Origin: Promethearchaeota archaeon
GTDB taxonomy: Archaea > Asgardarchaeota > Lokiarchaeia > Sigyniarchaeales > SOKP01
DNA: 64,000 bases
Direction of reading: 5' to 3'
NCBI GenBank assembly: GCA_016840165.1
Contig: JAEOSU010000025.1
Location: 1 to 64,000 of the forward strand
The translations under genes were made by a program, and so were the position numbers. Positions 38,514 through 49,095 of this stretch are shown here, in pieces (the first letter of the stretch is position 1; every line of letters starts with the position of its first letter). A model generated the notes under the pieces. The model did no database searches. It was not told where the DNA came from and worked only from the letters and a program-made list of their open reading frames with translations.

Positions 38514-39740
38514 CTAATTTTTACTTTTAAGCTCAAATTTTGCGCGAGTATTCAATGAGTCCAAGATCTTATAATATTCTGAGCTGCGCGTTTCAAAATG
38601 CTCGATGATTTTTCGCTCATCGGTATCTAAATAATCATAAAGTGAAGAAATTCGCTCAATCCGTTCAGTAAATTCACTCATCATCTTATTATACCACTCA
38701 TTAGGTTTGTTTAAAAGACTTTGAATCTTTTTTTGGAATTTTCCTTTTCTAATTTCATATTTATCTCCCTCACTTTCAAGGGATTGTAGGTTTTTTTCAT
38801 ATTTCGCGATTTCATTTTCTATTTTTTCACGAAATTTTGGAATTCTAAAGCTTTTTTTAAAGAAGTCAGGATCCCACACATATAAATAGTTATCATCTTC
38901 TTCTGCTTCAATCTCATCTTTAGTAACTCTGACATCGCTTTTTGGGACTAAAATTAATCCAAAATTTCTCTGCAACTGGGCTAGAGCTTTCTTCCTAAGA
39001 ATATCATCAATATATTTAACGTCATCTAAAACTTTTTCTATTCTTTTATTGAGATCTTTTACGGTTTTTTTGACTTTCTTAGTCATTTCTTGATGTTCCA
39101 ATTCATATTCTAATTTAATAAGATCATAAGTAGAAAACATACCTTGTTCGGGATTTATTAATCGCAAACCAGCTACACCTAAATAAAAATCATCAGATAA
39201 GAACTTAGTGTGATCAAAAATTATTCCTAGAGCGAATGGATTAGGAATTTGATATCCCAGTTGAGTCATACAGTCAACAGGAGAATAAAAAAAGCCAAAT
39301 CCAGGATGCGTATGCCACCAACCAATTATAAAATCATGCTTTTTATCTTGAACGGATCTTTCATATACTGATTCATCAATTTGAGCCATATCTACGTATT
39401 GCTTATTTTCATATTTTACTCCGGCTCTATCACCCACTACCATTGGAATCGCATCTTTTATTAATACTTTTTTATTTTCTTCCACAGATCCTATTAGAAT
39501 GCCATATACTTCACGCCAATCTTTTGAAGACATCTCTTCATTCGCATATCTTAATCCATATCCTATAATTTTTCGATATGCATTAAAACTCAAGAATCCG
39601 GGTGTCTTAACTGGATCCACTCCATATTGTTTGATTAATTTAGAGCTGGCTGATAACTCCGATGATTTAATTGATTTTAATTCTACATCATTATTCTGAT
39701 TTTCTGTCTCATCCTGAGTTTTCTCTTTTTTTTTGGTCAT
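38514..39740 (-). CDS. JAB/MPN+ (JAMM) metalloprotease with long helical C-terminus
   Basis: EVYGILIG and IGWWHTHPGFGFFYSPVD give an intact JAMM motif. Confidence 0.85.
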   Translation of the reverse strand: MTKKKEKTQDETENQNNDVELKSIKSSELSASSKLIKQYGVDPVKTPGFLSFNAYRKIIGYGLRYANEEMSSKDWREVYGILIGSVEENKKVLIKDAIPMVVGDRAGVKYENKQYVDMAQIDESVYERSVQDKKHDFIIGWWHTHPGFGFFYSPVDCMTQLGYQIPNPFALGIIFDHTKFLSDDFYLGVAGLRLINPEQGMFSTYDLIKLEYELEHQEMTKKVKKTVKDLNKRIEKVLDDVKYIDDILRKKALAQLQRNFGLILVPKSDVRVTKDEIEAEEDDNYLYVWDPDFFKKSFRIPKFREKIENEIAKYEKNLQSLESEGDKYEIRKGKFQKKIQSLLNKPNEWYNKMMSEFTERIERISSLYDYLDTDERKIIEHFETRSSEYYKILDSLNTRAKFELKSKN

Positions 39741-39845
39741 CCTATAATCAGTTGATAAAGTTACTTAACAAATTAATTATAGTGTAAAGCTTTTTATTCT
39801 TTTATAATTGTTTTATTTTAAATGAAACTCTAATTGAGGTATATT

Positions 39846-40397
39846 TTGAAGGTTATCGGTTTTTGTGGATTACCGGGTTCTGGAAAGTCTACAGCTTTAG
39901 AATCGGTTAAAACTTTAGGTGTAGTGGTAAATATGGGAGACGTAGTAAGAAATGAAGCTATGAAGAAAAAAATTGAGATAACAGATGAAAATCTTGGTCA
40001 GCTCGCGAGAAGTCTTAGAAAAGAAGGTGGTGAAGATATTATTGCTGAAAAATGTGTTCAATTAATAAAAAATACTCAATCTGAAGTAGTATTTGTAGAT
40101 GGTATAAGAAGTGTTTATGAATTAACAGTTTTTAGAAAATATTGGAAATTTCCTTTAATATTAATTGAAGCAGATGAGATTATTAGGCACCAGAGAATTA
40201 TCGAGAGAGCTCGGGAGGATGATTCGAAATCAATCGTCGATATTCAAAAAAGAGAGGAAAGAGAAATAGGTTTTGGGCTACTGGATTTAATTGAAAAAGC
40301 AGATTATATTATTAATAACAATTCAGCCATAAAAGAATTAAAAAAAAAGACAAGAAAACAAATAGAATACTTGATTAAGAATTACAGCTCTCTTTAA
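39846..40397 (+). CDS. Archaeal dephospho-CoA kinase-like P-loop kinase (UPF0200)
   Basis: GLPGSGKS, MGDVVR, DGIRS, R.DD, E..FG....I..AD; TTG start after GAGGT. Confidence 0.8.
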   Translation: MKVIGFCGLPGSGKSTALESVKTLGVVVNMGDVVRNEAMKKKIEITDENLGQLARSLRKEGGEDIIAEKCVQLIKNTQSEVVFVDGIRSVYELTVFRKYWKFPLILIEADEIIRHQRIIERAREDDSKSIVDIQKREEREIGFGLLDLIEKADYIINNNSAIKELKKKTRKQIEYLIKNYSSL

Positions 40398-41302
40398 TCA
40401 AATTTTAGATAATCCGCGATGGTTTTTGCCAAAGATACTTTTGCAACTTCATTATCAATCGAATCTGTTCCGATTATCTCATCCGCTCCGGCATTAAGTA
40501 TTCGAAATTTAGCTTGTTGGAGTAATAACGCGTGCGTTGCTGCCGCATATACTTTTTTTGCGCCATTTTGTTTTGCAATTTTAATTGCAGAAGCCATTGT
40601 ACCTCCTGTCGAAATTATATCATCCGCAATAACCACATCTTTTTCTTTGAGACTTAATTTTCCTGACATCAGAATTTTTCCTGTTTTAACATCTCTTTCC
40701 TTATCGAAATATTCAACGGGGATATTTTCCCCAAAATGTTTGGCGAATGCTTTTGATCTTTCGACGGCTCCTTTATCAGGTGAAATAACGACGATATCTT
40801 TAGCTCCTCGGGACTTTATATAATCAGCTAAAAGTTTCATGGAATCGATATTTACAGCTTTACAAAGGCATTCATTCACAAGCAATGGGGCATGTACGTC
40901 TACCACATATAGCTCATCAATACCAAATGAGTTTAATATTCCTATTACAACCTTGGCAAATTGAGATTCACCAGGTCGAAATATTTTATCTTGTCTTGCA
41001 TATGCTAAATAAGGTATAACGACTATAATTTTGGCGGGCGCCATCCGCTTCACCGAATCGATCATCATAAAGAGTTCAAAAAGGCGTGAATTTTGATCTC
41101 CTGTCGCATTTGGAGCGGTTGATTGGACTATTATTACCTTTTTGTCTGCGAAGATTGTTTCATCTTCAATATTTAACCGTATGTAATTTTCTCCATCGGG
41201 AAATTTCTTGAATTCGGTATTTATGCATTCAATTTCCAATTCTTTCGCGATCCGAACACCTAGTATTTGTGATGCGGGCCCGACTATAAGTATTTTTTCC
41301 AT
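40394..41302 (-). CDS. prs: Ribose-phosphate pyrophosphokinase
   Basis: FPDGE, PYLAYARQDK.F..GE, SPDKGA, DDIISTGGT, ATH. Confidence 0.95.
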   Translation of the reverse strand: MEKILIVGPASQILGVRIAKELEIECINTEFKKFPDGENYIRLNIEDETIFADKKVIIVQSTAPNATGDQNSRLFELFMMIDSVKRMAPAKIIVVIPYLAYARQDKIFRPGESQFAKVVIGILNSFGIDELYVVDVHAPLLVNECLCKAVNIDSMKLLADYIKSRGAKDIVVISPDKGAVERSKAFAKHFGENIPVEYFDKERDVKTGKILMSGKLSLKEKDVVIADDIISTGGTMASAIKIAKQNGAKKVYAAATHALLLQQAKFRILNAGADEIIGTDSIDNEVAKVSLAKTIADYLKFD

Positions 41303-41349
41303 TTTTTTCACTTCTAATTAATTCACATTTTACTATATTATTACTTTTC

Positions 41350-42069
41350 TTATATTTCTTTTAAAAAACTAATAGCATGTTTAAAAATATCTTCTCGATG
41401 CCCTTTAAATGAATGTCCGCCATCCTCGTATTGCAAAACATTTTCGTTATCCAAGTCTAAAGCATCCCTAATTTGAACCAAATTTTCATATGGTATCCTG
41501 GGATCATCCTTACAATGTGCAATTAAAATCCTTTCGTTATTTTGTGGTTTTTTTTTAAGAAAATATTTTGGACTTATTTTCTCTATAATTTCCTCTGGAA
41601 ATTCAATTTTTGTGGTATGATAATCATAACGAGTGCATAATGCGATGAGTTTGTGGATTCTATTATCATTAAATCCATTTGTTAATATAATCGCACCCCC
41701 CATACTACGGCCAAATAAAAATATTTGATTATCCAGTAATCTACTTGATTGATTTGTCAATAACCAATCGATGACTATATGAATATCCGAAAAGATATTA
41801 ACAACCATTTTATCCCAACGGGAGCCAGTTTGCTTTTTTGTCTCGCCGTGGGCTCTATAATCATAAGAGAGCACGTAATAGCCTTCCTGAACAAACTTCT
41901 TCGAAAAAAACTGGACAAAATAACTTTCCCTATGATCCAAGAGTCCCGCAAGATTGATGATGAATGGTGCTTGTTGTTCTGTATCGTGTGAATAGTATAT
42001 AGACGCCTTCAGTGTGATATTATCCGCTTCTATAGGGATATCCAAATTTTCTACTATAATGTCATCCAT
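41350..42069 (-). CDS. Alpha/beta hydrolase
   Basis: DYRAHGE, GRSMGG nucleophile elbow, D and GGH catalytic motifs. Confidence 0.88.
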   Translation of the reverse strand: MDDIIVENLDIPIEADNITLKASIYYSHDTEQQAPFIINLAGLLDHRESYFVQFFSKKFVQEGYYVLSYDYRAHGETKKQTGSRWDKMVVNIFSDIHIVIDWLLTNQSSRLLDNQIFLFGRSMGGAIILTNGFNDNRIHKLIALCTRYDYHTTKIEFPEEIIEKISPKYFLKKKPQNNERILIAHCKDDPRIPYENLVQIRDALDLDNENVLQYEDGGHSFKGHREDIFKHAISFLKEI

Positions 42070-42135
42070 TTAAATCAATGAGATATTTATTATGCTTTTT
42101 TTGTATTTAATTAAAAATGCTATAATCGATATTTT

Positions 42136-42408
42136 TTATAAATGTTTCAGTATATGTTTTTCTAACGCTTCTTTTCTTTCAATCTCCTCTGAAGTTTTAT
42201 TATATTTACCTACGATTTCCATTACTTGTTCATTTAGAATTCTGTGTTCCGGTAAGCAAGAGCTTGATTTAAGGAATTCTTCCCCGTGTCTAAGGGCAGC
42301 AAGATTCTCAGTGATCTTCATCAGTTCTGTCGCGATAATACTATTAAGAAAAATCATATCGGAAATCATATTTTTAATATACAAAACAACCTTAATTTGG
42401 TCTGACAT
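42136..42408 (-). CDS. Small hypothetical protein
   Basis: 90-aa helical ORF with ATG start. Confidence 0.6.
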   Translation of the reverse strand: MSDQIKVVLYIKNMISDMIFLNSIIATELMKITENLAALRHGEEFLKSSSCLPEHRILNEQVMEIVGKYNKTSEEIERKEALEKHILKHL

Positions 42409-42560
42409 ACTCTTTACAATTCTTCTTAGAATTTATGTTTTTTAGGAGGCACACTAAAAATGGGTTTAAATATTATAAATTTTCAACTAAACAAAGTTTT
42501 AACTTAGATTTTTTTAACGAAATTTCCATTGAAATAATTCTCATTTTTCGTTGAAATAAG

Positions 42561-42950
42561 CTACTTTTTTGATAATTCGCCTAGAACATAAAAAATAATC
42601 AGGCAACTTCCATATGTGATAGCTATGATCAATAAATCCCTAATTGGATCGAATCCGATGATGTTTAAGAGGTACAATACCTGGAAGTAGATATAAAAAA
42701 AAATTAAAACCCCAACAGAAACAATCCAAATTAAAAGTGCTATTATCTTCGCTTTACCTTCTAAGTTATCTGGATTTTTGCTCATATAAAACACTGAAGC
42801 TACGATCGCAACGATAGCACATAAAGTAGCAAATAAAAACGGTAGAAACCAAACACCAATTCCTAAAATAACCGTTAACAATAGAATTTTTACCCAAAAA
42901 GGAGATTTAGTTATTAATTTCTCTCTCTTTGCTATATTTTCCTCTCCCAA
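42561..42950 (-). CDS. Hypothetical membrane protein
   Basis: 129-aa hydrophobic ORF, TTG after GTGAG. Confidence 0.55.
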   Translation of the reverse strand: MGEENIAKREKLITKSPFWVKILLLTVILGIGVWFLPFLFATLCAIVAIVASVFYMSKNPDNLEGKAKIIALLIWIVSVGVLIFFYIYFQVLYLLNIIGFDPIRDLLIIAITYGSCLIIFYVLGELSKK

Positions 42951-43277
42951 CTCTTCTCACTTTAACCTTTTAAATTGGATGTGAATATTTCATATATTAA
43001 TTTTGAATATCTATAAAACTTTTTGGATACGTTAAGATCACCATTTCTGCTTTAAATTATTTCTCTAATGATTATTAATTGAGAGTAGAACCTGAATGCT
43101 AATAGTATAACCAGATCTTTTCTTATAAAAATAAATTTATATTTTAAAAAATTAGCTCGATTTTAGTATGAAATTAATTTTCGTAAACTTTTTTAATTTT
43201 ATGACTTAGAGATCATTATATAAGTAAAAATTATTTTAAACTGAAAATCAAAAAATAACAAACATAAGTGATAAAAC

Positions 43278-44966
43278 ATGGCACAATTAGGTGGACAACC
43301 TATATTTATAATGAAAGAAGGCACTGAAAGGACGCGTGGTAAAGATGCGATGACTAATAATATCGCTGCCGCTAAAGTTATCGCTGAGGCTGTACGCACA
43401 TCACTAGGTCCCATGGGTATGGATAAAATGCTCGTTGACCAATTTGGTGATGTAGTCATTACGAACGATGGCGCAACTATTCTAAAAGAAATCGATGTAC
43501 AACATCCTGCCGCTAAAATGATGGTGGAAGTCGCAAAGACTCAAGACTCAGAGGTGGGCGACGGAACCACTACCAGTGTTATCCTTGCTGGAGAATTACT
43601 CAAGCGCGCAGAAAAACTCTTACAACAAAAGATTCATCCTACCGTTATAACCGAGGGATTTCGCAAGGCTGCAGAAAAAGCAGTAGAGATTCTAGAAGGA
43701 ATGTCGATTAAAAGCGGTATTGACGACTATGATGGGTTAAAGAATGCAGCTATGACTTGTATGTCAAGTAAGATTGTTTCTGAATCGAAAGATATGTTAG
43801 CTGATATCTGCATTAACGCGATTAAGTCCGTCGCAGAAAAAGATGAAAATGGTAAATGGATTGCGGATATAGAAAAAGTCCAAATCCAGAAAAAAGAAGG
43901 AAATAGTATGGATGATACCCATCTTATCAAAGGGATTATCTTAGATAAAGAAGTAGTCACCCCCGGAATGCCAAAAAGTATAACCGACGCAAAAATTCTT
44001 CTCTTACAGAGCGCTCTCGAAATCGAAAAAACCGAATTTGATAGCAAACTTCAAATTACCAGCCCCGAACAAATCCAACAGTTCTTAGACGAAGAGGAAA
44101 ATATGCTTCGAACCATGGTTCAAAAGATTGAAAAATCTGGAGCGAATGTAGTCATTTGTCAGAAAGGTATTGATGATATGGCTCAGCACTTTCTCACAAA
44201 AGCAAGCATTATGGCCATTCGACGCGTTAAAAAGTCTGATCTTGAAAAACTCTCAAAAGCAACTGGCGGAATGATTTTTAACAGTCTTGATGATGTCACA
44301 GAAGAAAAGTTAGGTTATGCCGGATTAGTAGAAGAAAGAAAGATTATGAATGATAGTTGGATTTTCATTGAAGAATGCAAAGATCCTAAATCAGTCGTAA
44401 TCTTGATTCGAGGCGGAACCGAACTTATAATTGATGAAGTTGAAAGAGCAATTCATGATGCCCTCTGTGTAGTTAGAGATGTTGTCGAAGATCAAAAAAT
44501 CGTTGGTGGCGGAGGAGCTCCCGAGTTAGAAACAGCAATTCAATTGCGAAAGTTTGCGTCAACCTTAGGTGGGCGTGAGCAATTAGCCGTCGAAGTTTTC
44601 GCTGATAGTCTAGATATTATTCCAAAAACCCTGGCTGAAAATGCTGGATTAGACCAAATCGATGTATTAATGAAGCTTAGAGCCTCACATCAAAAGGGTA
44701 ACAAGTTTGCTGGTACTAACCTCGCCACTGGAGAGGTTGTCGATAATATGATGAGTGTTGGCGTAGTCGAACCTACTGTCGTAAAGATTCAGGCCATCAA
44801 GAGCTCGACCGAGGCTACCTCTATGATCCTCAGGATAGACGATGTAATTGCAGGTGCAAAATCGGCGATGCCTCCTGGTGGACCAGGAATGGGCGGCATG
44901 GGTGGCATGGGTGGCATGGGTGGTATGCCTCCTCCGGGTATGGGCGGTTATCCCGGTATGATGTAG
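43278..44966 (+). CDS. ths: Thermosome (group II chaperonin) subunit
   Basis: [33 protein letters not shown]; Gly/Met-rich tail. Confidence 0.98.
   Translation: MAQLGGQPIFIMKEGTERTRGKDAMTNNIAAAKVIAEAVRTSLGPMGMDKMLVDQFGDVVITNDGATILKEIDVQHPAAKMMVEVAKTQDSEVGDGTTTSVILAGELLKRAEKLLQQKIHPTVITEGFRKAAEKAVEILEGMSIKSGIDDYDGLKNAAMTCMSSKIVSESKDMLADICINAIKSVAEKDENGKWIADIEKVQIQKKEGNSMDDTHLIKGIILDKEVVTPGMPKSITDAKILLLQSALEIEKTEFDSKLQITSPEQIQQFLDEEENMLRTMVQKIEKSGANVVICQKGIDDMAQHFLTKASIMAIRRVKKSDLEKLSKATGGMIFNSLDDVTEEKLGYAGLVEERKIMNDSWIFIEECKDPKSVVILIRGGTELIIDEVERAIHDALCVVRDVVEDQKIVGGGGAPELETAIQLRKFASTLGGREQLAVEVFADSLDIIPKTLAENAGLDQIDVLMKLRASHQKGNKFAGTNLATGEVVDNMMSVGVVEPTVVKIQAIKSSTEATSMILRIDDVIAGAKSAMPPGGPGMGGMGGMGGMGGMPPPGMGGYPGMM
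44889..44927 (+). repeat. 9-bp coding repeat (GGM)n in the chaperonin tail
   Basis: atgggcggc/atgggtggc repeated about 4 times. Confidence 0.85.
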
Positions 44967-44968
44967 AA

Positions 44969-45013
44969 TTTTCTTAATTTTTTTTATTTATTTTTTCTTT
45001 CTCTTTTTCTTTT
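44969..45013 (+). terminator. T-rich archaeal terminator after thermosome
   Basis: Multiple T5-T8 runs immediately after the stop codon. Confidence 0.55.
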
Positions 45014-45109
45014 AGCTTTATAGCAATATAACGCGTAAAAATATAGTTTTTTATTTCATATCAACTTAGTATTATCTATTCCAATGAATTGTTTGGTAAT
45101 ATAATTCCA

Positions 45110-48100
45110 ATGCTTAATATTTTTTTAAGTTCTACCTATAGAGATTTATCTGACCCGCGTTTAAAGATTATTAACAGATTAGATACTGTATTTGAAGGGG
45201 TGGGTATGGAAAAATTCATTCCTGATGGATCTAATTCTCAAGAAGTATGCATTTCGAATTTGAAAGAGAGTGATATAGTGATTTTTATCATATCATCTTA
45301 TTATGGCTCTTTAATCGAAAACTGTTCACTGAAAGAAGAGTGTAAAGCAGAATGTCCTATGAAAACGGGAGAAGGGAAAGTATCATTTACTCATTGTGAA
45401 TATAAAAATGCGATAGCTGAAAGAAAATTACATCAAACTTATTTAGTATTGGAAGATTGGAATGCCACAGATATTCCAAAAGAAGCTTTATCATTTAAAG
45501 AAGAGATTGGAAATGAAATGTGGAAAGGTATTGGGAAAGTTGAGGATCCTAATACAGTAAATTTAATAACATCGCACTTAGCAGAGAATATAATTAAATG
45601 GCATTATCAAGATAAACTAGAATTTAAGAATTTTTGTGATAGGGAAGCAGTTCTTCATAAGTTAATTGAAAATATCGATAAGAAACTTGAGATATGGGGT
45701 ATTGGGGGAGTGGGAAAGACAGCTTTAATTGAAGTGGCTCTTCTTATTCAAAAATTAAGAGGAAAAAAAATAATAAAGATAGGAATTCCAAAAGCGTATG
45801 CAAGTGGTTCTGGATTTCTAGATTTTAGAGTAAAATGTAAAGAGGATCAATATATAACAGAATTTCGAGATATGATCACTATCTATGATGTAATTAATGC
45901 TTTCGCACATAAAGGTTTACTGTTTAATGGTGAGGAGATACGTAAGATGAACACCGAAAAACAGATAATCGAATTATCTAATTATATCCGAGAAACACAA
46001 GATCTTGTATTATTTATTGACGATTTTCACTTAGCGAGTGAAGAAGTGGTGAAGATGACAAAAGCATTAGATCATATTATTCTTTCCTCTAAAAAGAATA
46101 CGGGTATTGCGAACATAGAATTATATTTAAGTGGTATTGATGAGGAGGATCGGGATCAATTAATCGAACTCTTTTCAACCCAAATTCCTAAGGATGTACG
46201 GAAATTGATATGTAAGATAGCAGAAGGACACCCAGTATCAACTGAAATATTGGTAAAAAATTACCAAAACATAAATTTTGATAAATTAAAAGATTTTGAT
46301 CTCGCAGATGCAAATGATACACAAGTGAATGATTTTTATAAGAGGGTAATTGAGGAAATTTATACTGATAATCCCGAAGCATTGAATTTACTCAAAAATA
46401 TTGCTGTTTTGAACCTAGATCTACCTACAAATATTCATAAGGAGAGTGTATTAGCAGCATTTAATTTTGAAGATAGTAGAAAGACATTTAGAGCTCTTAT
46501 TGATACAGGAATGTTAAGGAAAAGAAAAGGAAAGGAAGACACTTATGAATTTTATTTTAAGCATATCCAAGATTATTTAGAAGATGAAGCTAAACATAAT
46601 AATCACGAGAAAGCGATTAATTATTATAAAAAAAAAAGATATTTCCTAAAGCAGGCTTATAACGTTGATGATGATATAGAATTATTATATCATAAAATTA
46701 AATCTAATCCTTCAGAACGATTAGTGAATGAATTCCTTGAGCTTAAAGAGAAAATATATCCAGTTAATTATGGTTTTAAGCGTTTAATTACTATAGGAGA
46801 ACAGTTGAAAACTTTAGTCAAAGAGAATGATAAAGCAAAAATGTTTTTAGAGCTTGGAGATTTATATTATGATTTAAACAAATTTACAGAAGCAGAAGTA
46901 TTATTACTTGATGCACTTAAGGGCTATGAGACACTTGTAAAACAAGATCCTGATAATTTATCTGCTCAAATTAAAACTCAGAATCTCCTTGGATTATTAT
47001 ATAATAATATTAAAAGATTTGAGGAAGCAGAGTTGATATATAACAATGCTTTGGATATTTTAGAATCATTAACAGATAAAAGAAAGGAAAATTGTCTTGC
47101 TGATATTGCTATGACTCAACAAAATATGGGAGTTTTGTACGATGATTTAAAAAGGCATGAGGAAGCAGAATCATTTTTACTTGATTCACTAAATGGATTT
47201 AAATTACTAACTGAGAAGAATCCAATAACATATTTATCAGATGTTGCTGATACCCAACACATCCTTGGATTAATATATAATAATTTAAAGAGATTTGAGG
47301 ACGCAGAAAAAATGTATCAAGAAGCATTAAATATAAGAAAATCTTTAGCAGAAAAGGAACCAGACGCGTTTCTTTCCGAATTAGCTGATACTAAGAATAA
47401 TCTTGGTGTTCTTTATAATGATTTGAATAGGTTTGAGGACGCGGAAGAAATGTATTGTGAAGCATTAAAAATAAGGAATATATTAGTGAAAAAAAATCCC
47501 GATTCGTATCTATCAGATCTAGCTATGTCTAAACAAAACCTTGGACTACTATATGATGATTTAAAAAGGTTTGATGAAGCAGAGACTCTATTAATAGGGG
47601 CATTAGAAAGCTATGAAAATTTAGCAGAACAGAATCCAGCAGTCCATTTATCTGATATTGCGGATATCCAAAATAACCTTGGTGCATTATATTGGAATAT
47701 TGGAAAGTATGAAGAAGCAGAAAGAATGTATCTTAATGCATTAAATACTTATGAAAAGTTAGTGAAACAAAACCCCGGTATATATTTATCCGATCTCGCA
47801 ATGATACAGTATAATCTTGGTGAATTATATACTGATTTAAAGAGGTTTGACAAGGCAGAATTCATGCTCCTTAAGGCATTAGATATTCATAAGAAGTTAG
47901 CAGTATCAAATCCTGATATCTTCTTATCTGATGTTGCCATGAATCAGCATAACCTTGGAGAACTTTACATGAACTTAAAGAGATATAAGCAAGCAGAGGA
48001 TGCTCTACTTGAATCATTAAGTATTAGAAGATTGTTAGCAGAGGAATCTCCTGAAGCATACTTAAAAGATGTCTCTGTAACCAAAAACAAGCTTGGATTG

Positions 48101-48505
48101 CTATATATTCATTTGAAGAGATTTAAGGAAGCGGAGATTATGTTGCATGATGCATTCAATATAAGAAAATTTTTAGCAAAAAAGTGCCCAGACGTATATT
48201 TAAATGATGTTTCTAATTCATTGAGCAATCTTGGATTAGTATACGAGAAATTAGGAAAATTACAAGAAATAGAACAGCTATATAATGAAGAATTAAATCT
48301 AAATCCATATAATAGTATTATATGGTATAATAAAGCTTGTCTTGAGTCGCTAAAAAATAATATTGATAAAGTAATAGAATATTTGAAAAAAGCAATTGAG
48401 ATTGATGAAAAGCATATTAACTCCGCAAAATGGGATAAGCATTTCGAAAAGGTAAGAACTTTAAAAAAATTTAAAGATTTAATAGAGAATGATATTAAAT
48501 CATAG
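45110..48505 (+). CDS. DUF4062-STAND NTPase-TPR protein (NLR/Avs-like architecture)
   Basis: IFLSSTY.DL...R and S.T..EY..A (DUF4062), GIGGVGKT, LFIDD, AEGHP (GxP), ~11 42-aa TPR units, WYNKAC tail. Confidence 0.8.
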   Translation: MLNIFLSSTYRDLSDPRLKIINRLDTVFEGVGMEKFIPDGSNSQEVCISNLKESDIVIFIISSYYGSLIENCSLKEECKAECPMKTGEGKVSFTHCEYKNAIAERKLHQTYLVLEDWNATDIPKEALSFKEEIGNEMWKGIGKVEDPNTVNLITSHLAENIIKWHYQDKLEFKNFCDREAVLHKLIENIDKKLEIWGIGGVGKTALIEVALLIQKLRGKKIIKIGIPKAYASGSGFLDFRVKCKEDQYITEFRDMITIYDVINAFAHKGLLFNGEEIRKMNTEKQIIELSNYIRETQDLVLFIDDFHLASEEVVKMTKALDHIILSSKKNTGIANIELYLSGIDEEDRDQLIELFSTQIPKDVRKLICKIAEGHPVSTEILVKNYQNINFDKLKDFDLADANDTQVNDFYKRVIEEIYTDNPEALNLLKNIAVLNLDLPTNIHKESVLAAFNFEDSRKTFRALIDTGMLRKRKGKEDTYEFYFKHIQDYLEDEAKHNNHEKAINYYKKKRYFLKQAYNVDDDIELLYHKIKSNPSERLVNEFLELKEKIYPVNYGFKRLITIGEQLKTLVKENDKAKMFLELGDLYYDLNKFTEAEVLLLDALKGYETLVKQDPDNLSAQIKTQNLLGLLYNNIKRFEEAELIYNNALDILESLTDKRKENCLADIAMTQQNMGVLYDDLKRHEEAESFLLDSLNGFKLLTEKNPITYLSDVADTQHILGLIYNNLKRFEDAEKMYQEALNIRKSLAEKEPDAFLSELADTKNNLGVLYNDLNRFEDAEEMYCEALKIRNILVKKNPDSYLSDLAMSKQNLGLLYDDLKRFDEAETLLIGALESYENLAEQNPAVHLSDIADIQNNLGALYWNIGKYEEAERMYLNALNTYEKLVKQNPGIYLSDLAMIQYNLGELYTDLKRFDKAEFMLLKALDIHKKLAVSNPDIFLSDVAMNQHNLGELYMNLKRYKQAEDALLESLSIRRLLAEESPEAYLKDVSVTKNKLGLLYIHLKRFKEAEIMLHDAFNIRKFLAKKCPDVYLNDVSNSLSNLGLVYEKLGKLQEIEQLYNEELNLNPYNSIIWYNKACLESLKNNIDKVIEYLKKAIEIDEKHINSAKWDKHFEKVRTLKKFKDLIENDIKS

Positions 48506-48606
48506 AATATGTTCATGTAATTTATAAAAAATATTAATCCAAGAGGAAAGAAACCTTTGCGATAATAATATCATGTATTTTGATTATAATTTTTTAGGAG
48601 GAATAG

Positions 48607-48897
48607 TTCAAAAATTTAATAGATCTGACTGGTTTATATTTAAGTAAGAATAACATATCAGAAATTAGAGGACTTGATACATTGACCAAGTTAAAATTTT
48701 TGGATTTAAGTAATAACAATATTTCTGAGATTAAGGGTTTAAATAATCTTGTAAATTTAGAAGAACTCAATCTTTCAGGGAATAAGATAATGGAACTTAA
48801 AGGTCTTGAGTCTCATAATAATTTAAGAAAACTAAAATGTAAAAATTGTGGTGAAAGGATTTTAAAAGATGAAATTGTGAAATCAAATTTAACTTAA
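48607..48897 (+). pseudogene. SDS22-like leucine-rich repeat remnant
   Basis: Three L..L.L..N.I.EI.GL repeats, preceded by an in-frame TAG at 48604 with no start before the first repeat. Confidence 0.6.
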
Positions 48898-49095
48898 ACT
48901 ATTATAAAGAACAGTTATTTGCTAAACAATTTGATTTTGAAACATAATGCTTTAGATTTTCCATATTTCCTATAGATTCTTATTTTCTGTGAAAAAAACC
49001 TTTTGCACTATTTATTTTTTTTAAGCAAAAGCTATTTTTATTTACGTTTTATCTACTTTTTTAAGAATTATGAAAGCATAAATTGTGAAATAATT

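Noticed and set aside
42092-42445. 117-aa plus-strand ORF
   Set aside because: Antisense to the more protein-like 90-aa minus-strand gene
46850-48250. 126-bp periodic nucleotide similarity
   Set aside because: Explained by 42-aa TPR coding repeats; not a DNA repeat array or DGR (no reverse transcriptase in the window)
49003-49095. N-terminal extension of the enoyl-CoA hydratase
   Set aside because: Low-complexity AT-rich promoter sequence; an SD precedes the ATG at 49096
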